From assembly GCA_963794325.1 (NCBI GenBank), contig CAWCDG010000004.1, positions 1,600,001 to 1,664,000 of the forward strand: a stretch of DNA of 64,000 nucleotides. The letters are read 5' to 3'. The notes under the pieces were generated by a model. It made no database searches, was not told where the DNA came from, and was given only the letters and a program-made list of their open reading frames with translations. The first letter of the stretch is position 1. The number at the start of each line of letters is the position of its first letter. Shown piece after piece: positions 1 to 9,933 of the stretch. Made by a program: the position numbers and the translations under genes. This DNA is from an uncultured delta proteobacterium (GTDB lineage: Bacteria > Desulfobacterota > Binatia > Binatales > Binataceae).

Positions 1-1
1 C

Positions 2-814
2 GGACGTCGTGTTCGCGTATCCAAACGGGCGGACAACACTTGCGCGCTCGGCCAGCCTCGACGAATCGAACAGGCGGTCCATCTGGAGCAACTGAGGTGC
101 GACGGATCGGCGCATGGCGGATGCGAGGCGGGCTGTCTCTTTCTGTGGAAGGAAGCGTGGCTTCGCCGCGTCAAGGACACTGCGGAAGAATCGCGTCCTA
201 CGCTCGTCGCAGTTCCGTCCTCCGGGACCGGCGACGCCGCTTATCGTCTGCTGAGTGAGTTCGCACAGAAGCCGAACGACACTCTTATGTGCCAGGCGAC
301 AGAGTTGGCCTCAGCGAGTTGTCCGGCGCCGGTAGGAAGCTCTTCGAAATACTTCGCCAAGGTCGCGCGAGATTGCCTCGAGCATAAGCGAAGCTCCCGC
401 GACCTGCGCCAGCTCATGATTTATTTCTGGGGCAAAGCGATTCTGTATGCGTTCAAGCTGTGGGCGCGCGCCCCGTGGAATGCTGATCGATACCGGAAGA
501 CACCGGCAACAGTGTTAGATTTGCAGCCGGGCGAAGTGGTGCGAGTTCGTGGGATGTTCGAAATTCTGCAGACGCTTGATCGCAAGGGCTGTAATCGGGG
601 CATGGAATTCAAGCCCGAGATGTTCCAGTTCTGCGGCCGCAAGTTTCCGGTTATCTTGAACATGCAGCGACGGATCGACGAACGAAGCGGCGATCTGAAG
701 GGTTTCAAGAGCCCATCCATCGTGCTCGAAGCTGTCTATTGCCAGGGTCAGCGATCGTTCTGTCAGCGTGCGAACTATCATTACTGGCGCGAGATCTGGT
801 TGAGCCGGGTATAG
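2..814 (+). CDS. Conserved hypothetical EPS-cluster protein with a duplicated Cys/Trp motif (5' end outside window)
   Basis: Frame is open from base 2 (GRRVRVSKRADNTC...LRCDGSAHGGCEAGCLFLWKEAWLRRV...) into the listed ORF 287-814, which ends with a second copy (YCQGQRSFCQRANYHYWREIWLSRV). Confidence 0.8.
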   Translation, partial: GRRVRVSKRADNTCALGQPRRIEQAVHLEQLRCDGSAHGGCEAGCLFLWKEAWLRRVKDTAEESRPTLVAVPSSGTGDAAYRLLSEFAQKPNDTLMCQATELASASCPAPVGSSSKYFAKVARDCLEHKRSSRDLRQLMIYFWGKAILYAFKLWARAPWNADRYRKTPATVLDLQPGEVVRVRGMFEILQTLDRKGCNRGMEFKPEMFQFCGRKFPVILNMQRRIDERSGDLKGFKSPSIVLEAVYCQGQRSFCQRANYHYWREIWLSRV

Positions 815-818
815 GACG

Positions 819-1736
819 ATGCAGGCATCTGAACTGGCGGAATTTTTCAGCGCGATCGGTAATCGGGTAATCCAGACTGAGAGCTGCTACTGGTACGACT
901 CCCAGCCTTTTCTGTTCAAGAGTCTGCCGGTTCATCGCCTGGTCGATCCTTCTTCGTCGGAAATAGCGCAGGTCATGATCAAAGGCCCCGCGTTCGCGCT
1001 GCGGTATCCGAAGACACCCGACCACGCCGGTCCGCGCGGCGGAATGTACATTTGCTCGAATCGCAACTACGACATCCAGGCGCTGACCTCGCAGAACGTT
1101 CGCAGCCGAACGCGCCGGGGTCTCGCGCGATGCCGCATCGAGCAGATCGAGTTCCCGTACCTGGCGGAGCATGGCCACGCGTTGACTACCGAAACCACTT
1201 TGCGCCAGATGGGCAAGATGCCGAGCACGACCGAGGCGGAGTGGCATCTGTTCTGCGAGAACGCCAGCCGTTCGAAGGACTTCGAGGCGTGGGGAGCATT
1301 CGTCGAGAATCGGCTGGCGACGTTCATCGTGGGGATGCTGGTCGAGGATTGTTACTACATCCACTTGCAGAAGAGCGCTTCTGATTTGCTGAAGTACTAT
1401 CCGAACAATGCGCTGCTGTTCACCGTGATGAAGACCAAGCTGGCGTGTCCGGAGGTCGCTTACATCTCGCACGGGCCCAAAGCACTCGCGGTGGGGAAAG
1501 GGCTCGACTACTTCAAGACCAGCATGGGTTTCGAGATGCAGCCGTACACGGATCACGTCGTCTTCAATCCATTGGTGAAGCCGTTCCTGATGTGGAAGGG
1601 CGATGCGGTAGTCAATCGGCTGGTGCAGCGCTACCCGGACAATCTGTTCTGGCAGCGAGCCTCGCGCGCATTGCGGGTCGCGCGGGGCGAAGAAGTCGGC
1701 GCAGAGCAATCGGGGAGCGCAGAGCTCGCTTCGTAA
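819..1736 (+). CDS. FemAB/GNAT-fold acyl- or aminoacyl-transferase
   Basis: SQNVRSRTRRGL, YYPNNALLF and GLDYFKTSMGF match FemABX-like GNAT motifs; starts 4 bp after the previous stop. Confidence 0.7.
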   Translation: MQASELAEFFSAIGNRVIQTESCYWYDSQPFLFKSLPVHRLVDPSSSEIAQVMIKGPAFALRYPKTPDHAGPRGGMYICSNRNYDIQALTSQNVRSRTRRGLARCRIEQIEFPYLAEHGHALTTETTLRQMGKMPSTTEAEWHLFCENASRSKDFEAWGAFVENRLATFIVGMLVEDCYYIHLQKSASDLLKYYPNNALLFTVMKTKLACPEVAYISHGPKALAVGKGLDYFKTSMGFEMQPYTDHVVFNPLVKPFLMWKGDAVVNRLVQRYPDNLFWQRASRALRVARGEEVGAEQSGSAELAS

Positions 1737-1891
1737 TGCGAGTCGGGGCAGTGGATCTTCGCTGAGTGCGGCCCGGATTTCACCGGAAGCCGAGAATCAC
1801 CGGCTGAAGCCGGTGCCACTTGAAAGAGGAATGATTTTGGTGGCACAGGCTTTAGCCTGTGATTTCCGAGGGGGACAGGAAGGCGCGATCC

Positions 1892-3202
1892 TTAGAGTGA
1901 AGTGCGGTAGTAGTGGACGGCCTGGGTCATGCCGCCGGATAGGCGGGTGCGGACGTAGTTCATGAAGTTGGTGGTGAATACGTACTTTGGTTTCAGGTAA
2001 ATGCCGCCGTTGTTCAAGGAGAAGAGGATTCGGTGCATCTTCCAGTTCCGGAAATTCTGATGGAGCTGGAATCGAGCCGATACTCCAAGAGTTTGAATTC
2101 CGAACGGGAACTTGAAGCTGAACCATAAGGGCTGGGAATTAATCGACAGGTCTGGCCGATAGGGCTCTTGAATTTCCGCTATTTGTCCATTGGCTAACGA
2201 AAATTCAACAGTCTTATCGAGATCCGGAATCTTGATGGTTACCGGGCGCAATAGCATCAGCAGCGGGCGAGGGTAACGCTCACGTATCTGCGCGGCCATC
2301 GCCTTATAAGCGTCGAAAATATCGCTCAGAGATTTGGTGTCGATAGGGTCATAGGTCAACTCGTCCCATTTAGGCAGTGACGCGTAACGATTCAGAGCTT
2401 GCGAGGAGTCGTGTGCGTCGCCGACCTGGTAACTGTCGCCTGGATAGAGGACTGCAGCGGATTGACCTTGTTGAGTCAGATAGTCGTAGGCGTCGTGCAC
2501 CGTGTTGGCGAACGGATTTACGTATTTGTTGTCCTCGGTCGAGAAGTAGATGAAGCTGGCGAAAGGTATGGTGACTTTCGCGTCGAGCGCGCGATGTACC
2601 TCCGACATGTTGCGAAGGATCTGCTTCGCGCGATCCGGCAAATAGCGATCCGGCGGCTCGAAGCCGGCGTAGGCAGCTATCGAGAACTGGCTGAGAAGCG
2701 TGTCGACGTGTTTGAGGTCTTGCAAGATCAGCCGGCATTCGGGAGTGCTTATGCGCGCATCGTTTTGATTCAGTATTACCTGTTGATCGTCGATGACGGC
2801 CAGCGCCGAATCCATCAGGCCGGCGTGGTAGCAGTACACCTTCGGAGATCCTTCTGTAAGCGGCACTATCTCGCGATGAGGCAGTAGCTGAATGCGTTGA
2901 TAGCCCATGCCCTTGAACGCGGCGACTATCTTTGCCGAGTCGCGAGTCTGGAAGAGGACAGTTACGCGCTGTTTGAAGGAATCCGGAAATGAACCCAAGG
3001 TTGGAAAATGGCAATGGTCGGGATGCTCATGCGATATCCAGAGATAGTCGATACGATCCAGCAGCACGGGATTTAACACTGGGTCGGGACGCAGAGTCCA
3101 CGAATTGTTAAAAATTTTCCCGGACAGCCACGGGTCCATCAGAATCGAGGCGCCGGAGCACTCGACGATCACGCTCGCATGTCCTATGAAGTGGATTTTC
3201 AT
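1892..3202 (-). CDS. MBL-fold metallo-hydrolase (UlaG / CMP-Neu5Ac hydroxylase-like MBL domain)
   Basis: IHFIGHAS, ILMDPWL, WISHEHPDHCH (HxHxDH), LNQND, IPFAS. Confidence 0.75.
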   Translation of the reverse strand: MKIHFIGHASVIVECSGASILMDPWLSGKIFNNSWTLRPDPVLNPVLLDRIDYLWISHEHPDHCHFPTLGSFPDSFKQRVTVLFQTRDSAKIVAAFKGMGYQRIQLLPHREIVPLTEGSPKVYCYHAGLMDSALAVIDDQQVILNQNDARISTPECRLILQDLKHVDTLLSQFSIAAYAGFEPPDRYLPDRAKQILRNMSEVHRALDAKVTIPFASFIYFSTEDNKYVNPFANTVHDAYDYLTQQGQSAAVLYPGDSYQVGDAHDSSQALNRYASLPKWDELTYDPIDTKSLSDIFDAYKAMAAQIRERYPRPLLMLLRPVTIKIPDLDKTVEFSLANGQIAEIQEPYRPDLSINSQPLWFSFKFPFGIQTLGVSARFQLHQNFRNWKMHRILFSLNNGGIYLKPKYVFTTNFMNYVRTRLSGGMTQAVHYYRTSL

Positions 3203-3390
3203 TTGCCATGCGTTGGGATTGTTATTCGGATCGGGCTTGTCGACCGCGACATAACGGATGAAAGAGCTCCGGGCGGGCGCGGGAACTGGCCTATCGTCGT
3301 GGTGGGGAGCTTTCGGTCAGCCGCGGCCCACCGGAGCTAGAAAAAGTCGAAGTTTTTACGTACTCGTACAATCCTCTCTAGAGAAAACCA

Positions 3391-3406
3391 TGCAGATCGC
3401 GTGCCG
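3391..3406 (-). promoter_or_regulatory. Putative sigma-54 -24/-12 promoter for the MBL gene
   Basis: Minus strand reads CGGCAC-GCGAT-CTGCA with exact spacing, about 190 bp upstream of ATG 3202. Confidence 0.5.
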
Positions 3407-3636
3407 ATTATTGCGATGAATCAGAAGCAATGAGTTCGAAGAAGTTAGAGAGAAATATGCTGAGAGCATCGAAGGTTTTCTGTGAATGGCGGTGAATCTC
3501 GAAATCGGCGATGCAAAGGTGGAATCGGGCCGAGTGTGTAGTCGTGAAAAAAATTCGCTTAAGCCGACTCTAACTGGAAGACCGACCAGCGGGCTCAACT
3601 CCAATGGCTAGAACGAGGTTGCGTGAATTGAACCGG

Positions 3637-3652
3637 TGGCATCTTCGTTGCT
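3637..3652 (+). promoter_or_regulatory. Putative sigma-54 promoter for the wzy-like gene
   Basis: TGGCAT-CTTCG-TTGCT, 15 bp before ATG 3668. Confidence 0.65.
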
Positions 3653-3667
3653 TTTCGAGCAGAGCAG

Positions 3668-5185
3668 ATGATGCAAAATTTACAAAGGGCCCCCGAGCAG
3701 ATCATCGAGCCGCAATGGACGAAAGTCCTGCCTGACGCCAATGACCGAGGCGCGCATAAATTCGGGCTCTCGATTTCAGGTTTCAAATATCCGATAGCAG
3801 CGGCAGTAGGATTGGTGGTGCTTGTTCTGCTGACCCATCCTGAGGGCGGTGCGATAGTTGCGGTCGCGATTGCTGCGGCGGTGATTTTGCCATACGCAAT
3901 TTACTATACGAGCGAACACGTTGGCGGGCTGCTAATTGTGCTCGTGGTGATCGAGGCGTTTGCAGCCAGCTACTTCGCCTCAAATTCGGACGACCAGATT
4001 GGTGCCCTGATTCGATATCCCTTGAACCTGTTGTTTGTGCTGCCGTTTATTCCGGCGCTGTGGAGATCAGGAATTCTGCGGCAGGGTGGATTTCGAGATT
4101 ACGCGATTTATTTGGTTTGGGCGTTGTTCAGCGTGTCCTATTCGATTCTGCCGACAGTTTCACTCGCCCGGTCGTTCGCAGCGATCCTGCCGTTCCTGGC
4201 ATTGTGCGCGATTATCTTGGAAGTCAGGAGCGAAAACGACGCACATAGATTTATGGGAGTGCTGCTGGCCGGCTGCGGAATCGTCGTCGCGGCCAACTTC
4301 CTTTATATGCTGATTAATCCGGGCCTGGCGTGGCAGCCTGATACCCAAAGCGGCATGCTTCGGTTCGACGGATTTCTTACCGAGCCGAACGAGATCGGTA
4401 ACTTGACGCTGGCGACTGTGGGCGCGGGGTACGGCTATTGGCCAGTCGCTAAGGGGTGGAAGAAAGGTCTGACTGCAGCCGCGATGATCGGATCGATCGT
4501 GCAGGGCGTGATGGCAGACTCGCGAACGCCAATTATCGCGATCGTAATCGGTTGCGCGGTTTACCTGGTGTTGAAATATCGAGCGAAGGGCGCGGTCGGC
4601 ATCGTAGTGATGTACCTAATCTTCTACGCAGCCGCGCACGCGATTCCCAGCATGCACGAGTACCTGGATCGAGGAGATGTCGCGAGCTTCACGGGGCGAG
4701 AAGTGGCATGGGATTTCGGAGTCCGCAGCATCAAGGCCAGTCCGCTGGTGGGATATGGATACGAGGTCGAGGGCCAAATCCTCTTGAGTCCATACTTCCA
4801 GGGATGGGACGCGGTCTGGGGCATGGGCTACAAATCGTCTCTGCATAACGGCTACCTCTCGCGCGCGGTGAGCCTCGGAATACCCGCACTCCTGTTCTGG
4901 CTGTTTATTATATTACGGCCGATGGTCAGCTGCTTTTTACGCAACGGCGACCCGTGGAAGCTGAAATGGTTGGTACCGCTCGCATTGGTGCCGATGTTGA
5001 TCCTGGAAACGACCGAATCGGTCGTCGATTTCCGTTCATTCGCCGGCGTGATGATGGGGCTGGTCTGGGTAATGCTGGAGCGCGAGAGACTATTCGCTCG
5101 GGCGCAAGCTGCCGCGCGCGCAACAGTCGAGGAAGAATCGAAAGCACCAATCGTCCGCGCTCTGCAGCGAGCACATGCCTCGTGA
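3668..5185 (+). CDS. O-antigen ligase / Wzy polymerase family membrane protein
   Basis: Multiple TM helices; RFDGFLTEPN, ADSRT, FTGREVAW, PLVGYGY, LHNGYL. Confidence 0.85.
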   Translation: MMQNLQRAPEQIIEPQWTKVLPDANDRGAHKFGLSISGFKYPIAAAVGLVVLVLLTHPEGGAIVAVAIAAAVILPYAIYYTSEHVGGLLIVLVVIEAFAASYFASNSDDQIGALIRYPLNLLFVLPFIPALWRSGILRQGGFRDYAIYLVWALFSVSYSILPTVSLARSFAAILPFLALCAIILEVRSENDAHRFMGVLLAGCGIVVAANFLYMLINPGLAWQPDTQSGMLRFDGFLTEPNEIGNLTLATVGAGYGYWPVAKGWKKGLTAAAMIGSIVQGVMADSRTPIIAIVIGCAVYLVLKYRAKGAVGIVVMYLIFYAAAHAIPSMHEYLDRGDVASFTGREVAWDFGVRSIKASPLVGYGYEVEGQILLSPYFQGWDAVWGMGYKSSLHNGYLSRAVSLGIPALLFWLFIILRPMVSCFLRNGDPWKLKWLVPLALVPMLILETTESVVDFRSFAGVMMGLVWVMLERERLFARAQAAARATVEEESKAPIVRALQRAHAS

Positions 5186-6551
5186 CGGGAAAATCAAAGT
5201 CGCGATCGGGCTGAGCGGAGGATTATTCATCCTCGTGGCGCTGGCGTACGTGATGAACGCGATCGCCGAACCCGCGGTTGAATCAACGCACGCCTACTAT
5301 CTCGATTCAAAGAACGGCAACGATTCCAATTCCGGTCGAAGTCCATCGAACGCGTGGCGCACGATCGGAAAATTAAATTCGATCTCACTCGCGCCGGGGG
5401 ACACCGTGTATTTTCAGCGTGGCCAGATATGGCGCGAGACGCTGATACCGAGCAGCGGCGGGGCAGTGGGCCGTCCGGTTACCTTTACGGCTTACGGCAA
5501 CGGGCCCGCGCCGATCATCAGTGGCAGTGACGTCGTCAAGGGATGGAATTCGGTCAACGCTTCGATTTACCGCGCGCACTCACCGAAGCCCAACAATGTT
5601 TACGTCGATGGAGGGCCGGGATGGGGATTGAAGCGCGCGTGCTGCATGCCCGGAACGTCGTGCGAGCAATCAGGGTTGTGCGCGATTGGTGCGATGACCG
5701 CGGGCAGCTGGTATTGGAATCCGGTGGCGTCGGAGTTGTACGTATGGTTGGAGGGCGGCTCCAATCCCGCGAGCCACACGGTTGAGGCAGCGGTGCGCGA
5801 ATATGGAATGAACGCGACCGGAAAGGAAGATGAGATGGGCCACATGGTGGTCGATGGGCTCGCGTTTGAACGCACCGGCGGATACGGAATTTATTTCTAC
5901 TCGAATGCGGAAAACGGAAGAGGGCCAGCTGGAGTAGTCATTCGAAACAATACGGTGAAGCAGACCGGGACCGGACAAATTGACGGTGGCGAATATTACA
6001 ACGCGATCTATTTTGATGAGCACATCGAACTGAATACCGCACCGGAGTTCATCAACAACTCAATCGCGTACAGCGGCGGACATGGTAATGCGATCAATTC
6101 CCAGTTCGCCGACGGCGCCCAGATAGTCGGCAATCATGCCGAACATTTCAATCATAACGGATTCGATACCAAGCATTCGGCGGCAGTGGTGTTCCGCGGC
6201 AACATCGCGCATGACGGCGTCGAGACCGACGGCATCTACCAGGAATACTGCGCGAACGGGCTGATCGAGAACAACGTGGTGTACAACCTGCGCGGGTCGG
6301 AGCCGGGGCAAGGTTCCGGGATTCAAATCGACGTTGGCACTTCAGGGGCAAAGATCGTGGGCAACACGATCTCGAACGTGTTGACCGGCATCTACCTGGT
6401 CACACCTGCGATCGTTCAGAACAATACGGTAAGCAACGCGGGTCACGCGGTTCTGGACGCGAACGCCGGCGGCATCTTCGAGCACAACGCGTGGGGCGAT
6501 TCACCGGTCATCTACGTGAATGGCCGTCGCGAGAATGTCGCGGGCAATTGA
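5175..6551 (+). CDS. Exported right-handed parallel beta-helix protein (polysaccharide lyase-like)
   Basis: N-terminal hydrophobic anchor; YYLDSKNGNDSNSGRSPSNAWRTI, PGDTVYFQRG, AYGNGPAPII; repeated IxNN/GI motifs. Confidence 0.8.
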   Translation: MPRDGKIKVAIGLSGGLFILVALAYVMNAIAEPAVESTHAYYLDSKNGNDSNSGRSPSNAWRTIGKLNSISLAPGDTVYFQRGQIWRETLIPSSGGAVGRPVTFTAYGNGPAPIISGSDVVKGWNSVNASIYRAHSPKPNNVYVDGGPGWGLKRACCMPGTSCEQSGLCAIGAMTAGSWYWNPVASELYVWLEGGSNPASHTVEAAVREYGMNATGKEDEMGHMVVDGLAFERTGGYGIYFYSNAENGRGPAGVVIRNNTVKQTGTGQIDGGEYYNAIYFDEHIELNTAPEFINNSIAYSGGHGNAINSQFADGAQIVGNHAEHFNHNGFDTKHSAAVVFRGNIAHDGVETDGIYQEYCANGLIENNVVYNLRGSEPGQGSGIQIDVGTSGAKIVGNTISNVLTGIYLVTPAIVQNNTVSNAGHAVLDANAGGIFEHNAWGDSPVIYVNGRRENVAGN

Positions 6552-6652
6552 CTAGGTTTCTTTTAGTCAGTTCAAATAAAAGATACTACTTCGCATTACT
6601 AACTGGAGTACCTACTGAGTAAGGGCGCAGGGGCCGGAAGCTCCGCGCGGAT

Positions 6653-6700
6653 TGTAAAATATACAAAATTGTAAAAGCTACATACTATATAAAATATACA
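6653..6700. promoter_or_regulatory. Three tandem TGTA-N5-TACA palindromic boxes (candidate transcription factor or enhancer sites)
   Basis: TGTAAAATATACA 6653-6665, TGTAAAAGCTACA 6670-6682, TATAAAATATACA 6688-6700 in an AT-rich intergenic patch. Confidence 0.55.
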
Positions 6701-7147
6701 AGAAAAGTTTAGTGACTGGGGTTGACGAAGTTGTTCCATTACGACGCCTCTGCTAATGTTCGCCGCGCGGCGTGTCGTGGCGCCGCAGACATAGGTTAAG
6801 TCCAAAGCGCGCGGGTTCTCTTCTTCTTCAAGCAACGCCTCATCTGCCGGCGCGATTTGGGCGCAGTTTGGTAATACAAACGCGAGGGGAGTTTCAGGCA
6901 CTGAGGCTGTGAATCCAGGTCCGCAGGGGAGAGACCTGTCGAGATAGGGGGAGAACCTGTCAGATATGGTTTGTTTTCAGACCTGCCGAAGGCGTCACGC
7001 CAACTGAAATAGCCCGCGCCTAGTCGCGGAAGCGCGTCGGCGTTAGTCCGGCGAGCGGTGTTGTGTACTCCTCCACCGTCTTCGCCGAAGCCGGTCCGAT
7101 GCTGCCCGCGAGACATATTTGCGCACGCCTGGGGAGGGCGATGTGTT

Positions 7148-9499
7148 ATGCGCGGATTGAAAGGCAGGTACAGTTTTGCCGGTCTGATCGTAATTTTCCT
7201 CTTTGCCTTCCTGACGCTCGAGTTCGGAGCGGCTATGGAAGCGGCTGCCATTGAAGTGAAGATCATTTCGCCAACCGGCGGCAGCGTGGTGCGCGGCGCG
7301 GTGCCGATTTCGTTGTTGACGAAATCCAACGCTGCGTTGGTGAAGGTGTATGTAGACGGCGTTTATCTGGCTTCCACCCCCGGCACTATTTCGTGGTTAT
7401 CGACCAATGCCGCCAACGGCATGCACACCATTTCTGCAAAGGCCTACAGCTCGGCCAGCCAGATGCTGGGAACTTCCTCGAGACTGGTTCGCGTAAAAAA
7501 TAGACCGACTCCGACGCCGACACCCACGCCAACGGCTGGTCGTGTGACCATTACGTCGCCGTCGAGCGGGGCTACGGTTTCCGGCACGGTATCTATAGCG
7601 GTGACGACCAGCTCGGTCAGTTGGGTTAACTTCTACATTGACGGAAGCTGGATCGCGTCTTCTCCCCCATACACTGTTGGCTGGGACTCAACCGGCGTCT
7701 CTAACGGACTGCACTCGATCTCAGTCAACGGATACAACAGCAGTAACGCGTTGGTCGCGACCGCTTTGAGCAGCATGAACGTTCAAAATGGATCGTCGCC
7801 CACCCCAACTCCAACATTGACTCCGACGGTGACCGCGACGCCTCCGCCGCCGACACCAACGCTCACGCCTGTACGGACACCGACGCCTACGCCTCCTGCG
7901 CCGACACCGACGCCTACATCTACGCCAACGGGTGGTGTGAGTATTACGTCGCCGAAGTCAGGCGCGACTGTTTCCGGCACGGTGTCGATCGCGGTGACGA
8001 CGGTCGCGCCGGTCAGCTGGGTCAACTTCTTTGTGGACGGAACCTATATGGCGTCCTCGCCGCCTTTCACGATGTCCTGGAATTCGACCAGCGTGGCAAA
8101 TGGTCAGCACGCCATCTCGGTCAACGGATACAACAGCAGTAACGCGCTGGTCACGACCGCGGCCATCAACCTGAACGTGCAAAATGGCGGGAGCCCCACT
8201 CCAACCCCGACTCCGACCTCAACTTCGGGCAGTCCAACACCGACGGCGACGCCGACGTCGACGTCCTGTGCAGGAACCGCCCACTACGTTGCGGCGGCGG
8301 GAAGCGACTCCAACAGCGGCATCTCTGCCAGCGCACCCTGGAAGACCATCGCCCATGTGGAGGTCGCTGAGGCCTCGCTCCAGCCCGGCGCCTGTGTGTT
8401 CTTCAAAGGCGGCGATGTTTGGGAAGAGCAGTTGGACATCTCTGGCGTCAATGGTTCGAGTTCTCTACCCATCACCTTCGGCAGTTATGGAACCGGCCGC
8501 CCAGTAATCGACGGCGGTTCGACGCGGTTATACGGAATCGAAGATGCCTACGGCAATAACGGTGATGAGAACGCCAGTAATTATGTTACAGTCACCGGCT
8601 TTGAGGTGCGCAACGCGACCCGCGGCGGAATCATCTTCTCCGACCTGCACCAGGTGGGAATCGTGATCGCCAACAATTATATCCACAACAATGGATATGG
8701 CGCCTATCCCGGAGCGAGCGGCTTTGGCACAGACGATAATAACTATGGATATAATGAAGCGATTGCCTTCGTGGACGACGACTATAATCTTCCCGACGGT
8801 GTTCAGATTATCAACAACATCGTAAACTATGAGGGCGGTCATAACTCCATCATGGTTGACGGCGATATGGGCGGCGCGGTCGTTCAAGGTAATCAGGTCG
8901 GTCCCGGCTGTTCTCACAATTGCATCGACATGAAACGCTCGGTGGGCGTGACGATCCAGGGCAACACAACAATTTGCAAGCCATCGACCATCACCGTCAA
9001 TGGAAACTCCTATCCGGCCTGCAACGGCAACGCGCTATATACGGAAGAGGATGCGAGTTTCACTGAGACAGTCAAATACCAGGGGAACGTCGCGTTCGGC
9101 GCGGCTTCGGGCTATGCCTGTTTCGGCCTTCAGGCCAACTCAGGGCCAATCAAGGCGACCTACTACAACAATACCTGTTATGACACCGACTTCCCCTTCT
9201 ATGTCACGACCTGCCTTGGCGGGTCGATGACGGTCGAAAACAACATCCTCGATGGCGGGCAGGTGAAGGTGTCCGGCGGGTGTTCTATGACCTGGAATTA
9301 CAATGACGACGGCGGCAGCTTAGGAAAAGACACCTACACCGGCGTCACCCTCGGCTCGAATGACGTCAGCGATATGAACCCGCTCTATGTGAATATCAGC
9401 GGCCTTGACGCCCATCTGCAAGCCGGAAGCCCAGTCCTGGATACCGGGAAGTCGGGCCTGTTTTCGAACATGACCTGGATGGGGGCGCTGGGGCAGTGA
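7148..9499 (+). CDS. Secreted protein: three bacterial Ig-like domains with Pro/Thr linkers plus C-terminal beta-helix
   Basis: GGGGAGGG RBS before ATG 7148; signal-like N-terminus; repeated ITSPxxGATVSGTVSI...W(D/N)STxVxNGxHxISV units; (PT)n linkers; HYVAAAGSDSNSG...PWKTI; LQAGSPVLDTG. Confidence 0.85.
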   Translation: MRGLKGRYSFAGLIVIFLFAFLTLEFGAAMEAAAIEVKIISPTGGSVVRGAVPISLLTKSNAALVKVYVDGVYLASTPGTISWLSTNAANGMHTISAKAYSSASQMLGTSSRLVRVKNRPTPTPTPTPTAGRVTITSPSSGATVSGTVSIAVTTSSVSWVNFYIDGSWIASSPPYTVGWDSTGVSNGLHSISVNGYNSSNALVATALSSMNVQNGSSPTPTPTLTPTVTATPPPPTPTLTPVRTPTPTPPAPTPTPTSTPTGGVSITSPKSGATVSGTVSIAVTTVAPVSWVNFFVDGTYMASSPPFTMSWNSTSVANGQHAISVNGYNSSNALVTTAAINLNVQNGGSPTPTPTPTSTSGSPTPTATPTSTSCAGTAHYVAAAGSDSNSGISASAPWKTIAHVEVAEASLQPGACVFFKGGDVWEEQLDISGVNGSSSLPITFGSYGTGRPVIDGGSTRLYGIEDAYGNNGDENASNYVTVTGFEVRNATRGGIIFSDLHQVGIVIANNYIHNNGYGAYPGASGFGTDDNNYGYNEAIAFVDDDYNLPDGVQIINNIVNYEGGHNSIMVDGDMGGAVVQGNQVGPGCSHNCIDMKRSVGVTIQGNTTICKPSTITVNGNSYPACNGNALYTEEDASFTETVKYQGNVAFGAASGYACFGLQANSGPIKATYYNNTCYDTDFPFYVTTCLGGSMTVENNILDGGQVKVSGGCSMTWNYNDDGGSLGKDTYTGVTLGSNDVSDMNPLYVNISGLDAHLQAGSPVLDTGKSGLFSNMTWMGALGQ
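7526..8215 (+). repeat. Intragenic duplication of the Ig-like module
   Basis: About 7526-7815 and 7922-8215 share long DNA matches (GTTTCCGGCACGGT, GTCAACGGATACAACAGCAGTAACGCG). Confidence 0.8.
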
Positions 9500-9559
9500 G
9501 CCCGGGATTCTGAGGAGTGCGTAAGAACGAACTGACTAGATCTTAATCAGCTACACCTA

Positions 9560-9618
9560 GGACGGGCTCGTATCCTGGATTGTAAATACTACAATCGGGT
9601 GCGAGCCCGTCCGCTTTT
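9560..9618 (+). terminator. Long hairpin after the Ig/beta-helix gene; apex carries a TGTA-N5-TACA box
   Basis: GGACGGGCTCGTATCC...GGGTGCGAGCCCGTCC then GCTTTT; inner GATTGTA-AATAC-TACAATC. Confidence 0.6.
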
Positions 9619-9782
9619 GAACGCGTCACCTGAAATCCTTTCGTCTCCCGAACTGCTCCTTTTGCTTTCTTTAATTTTCCTGAGCCACCTTTCAGCCGAT
9701 CTCAGTTTGTAATCCTTTCACAGTACGCGCCTGCCACGCGCGCAATGGGCCTAATTCAGCGTCGTTTCAATCATCTGTGCGA

Positions 9783-9798
9783 TGGCACGCGAGTTGCC
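9783..9798 (+). promoter_or_regulatory. Putative sigma-54 promoter of the main EPS operon
   Basis: TGGCAC-GCGAG-TTGCC upstream of the probable wza starts (9874/9892/9934). Confidence 0.7.
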
Positions 9799-9933
9799 AT
9801 TGCTAAGTCGGAATGTGAGAGCGCGCGTTCGATCAGTTCAGGGCGGGTCGATCGAGAGCAAATCGTAAAAATTATGAGGACGCATTTTGCCATGAGGCGG
9901 AATTACGCAACGAGGCACAGAATTTCGAGACGC

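Noticed and set aside
1841-1856. TGGCAC-AGGCT-TTAGC as a sigma-54 promoter
   Set aside because: The GC is one base out of register, and the site lies between convergent gene ends.
7500-8270. Short tandem repeats as a CRISPR array or VNTR
   Set aside because: They are in-frame Pro/Thr linkers; there is no repeat-spacer structure and no cas gene in the window.
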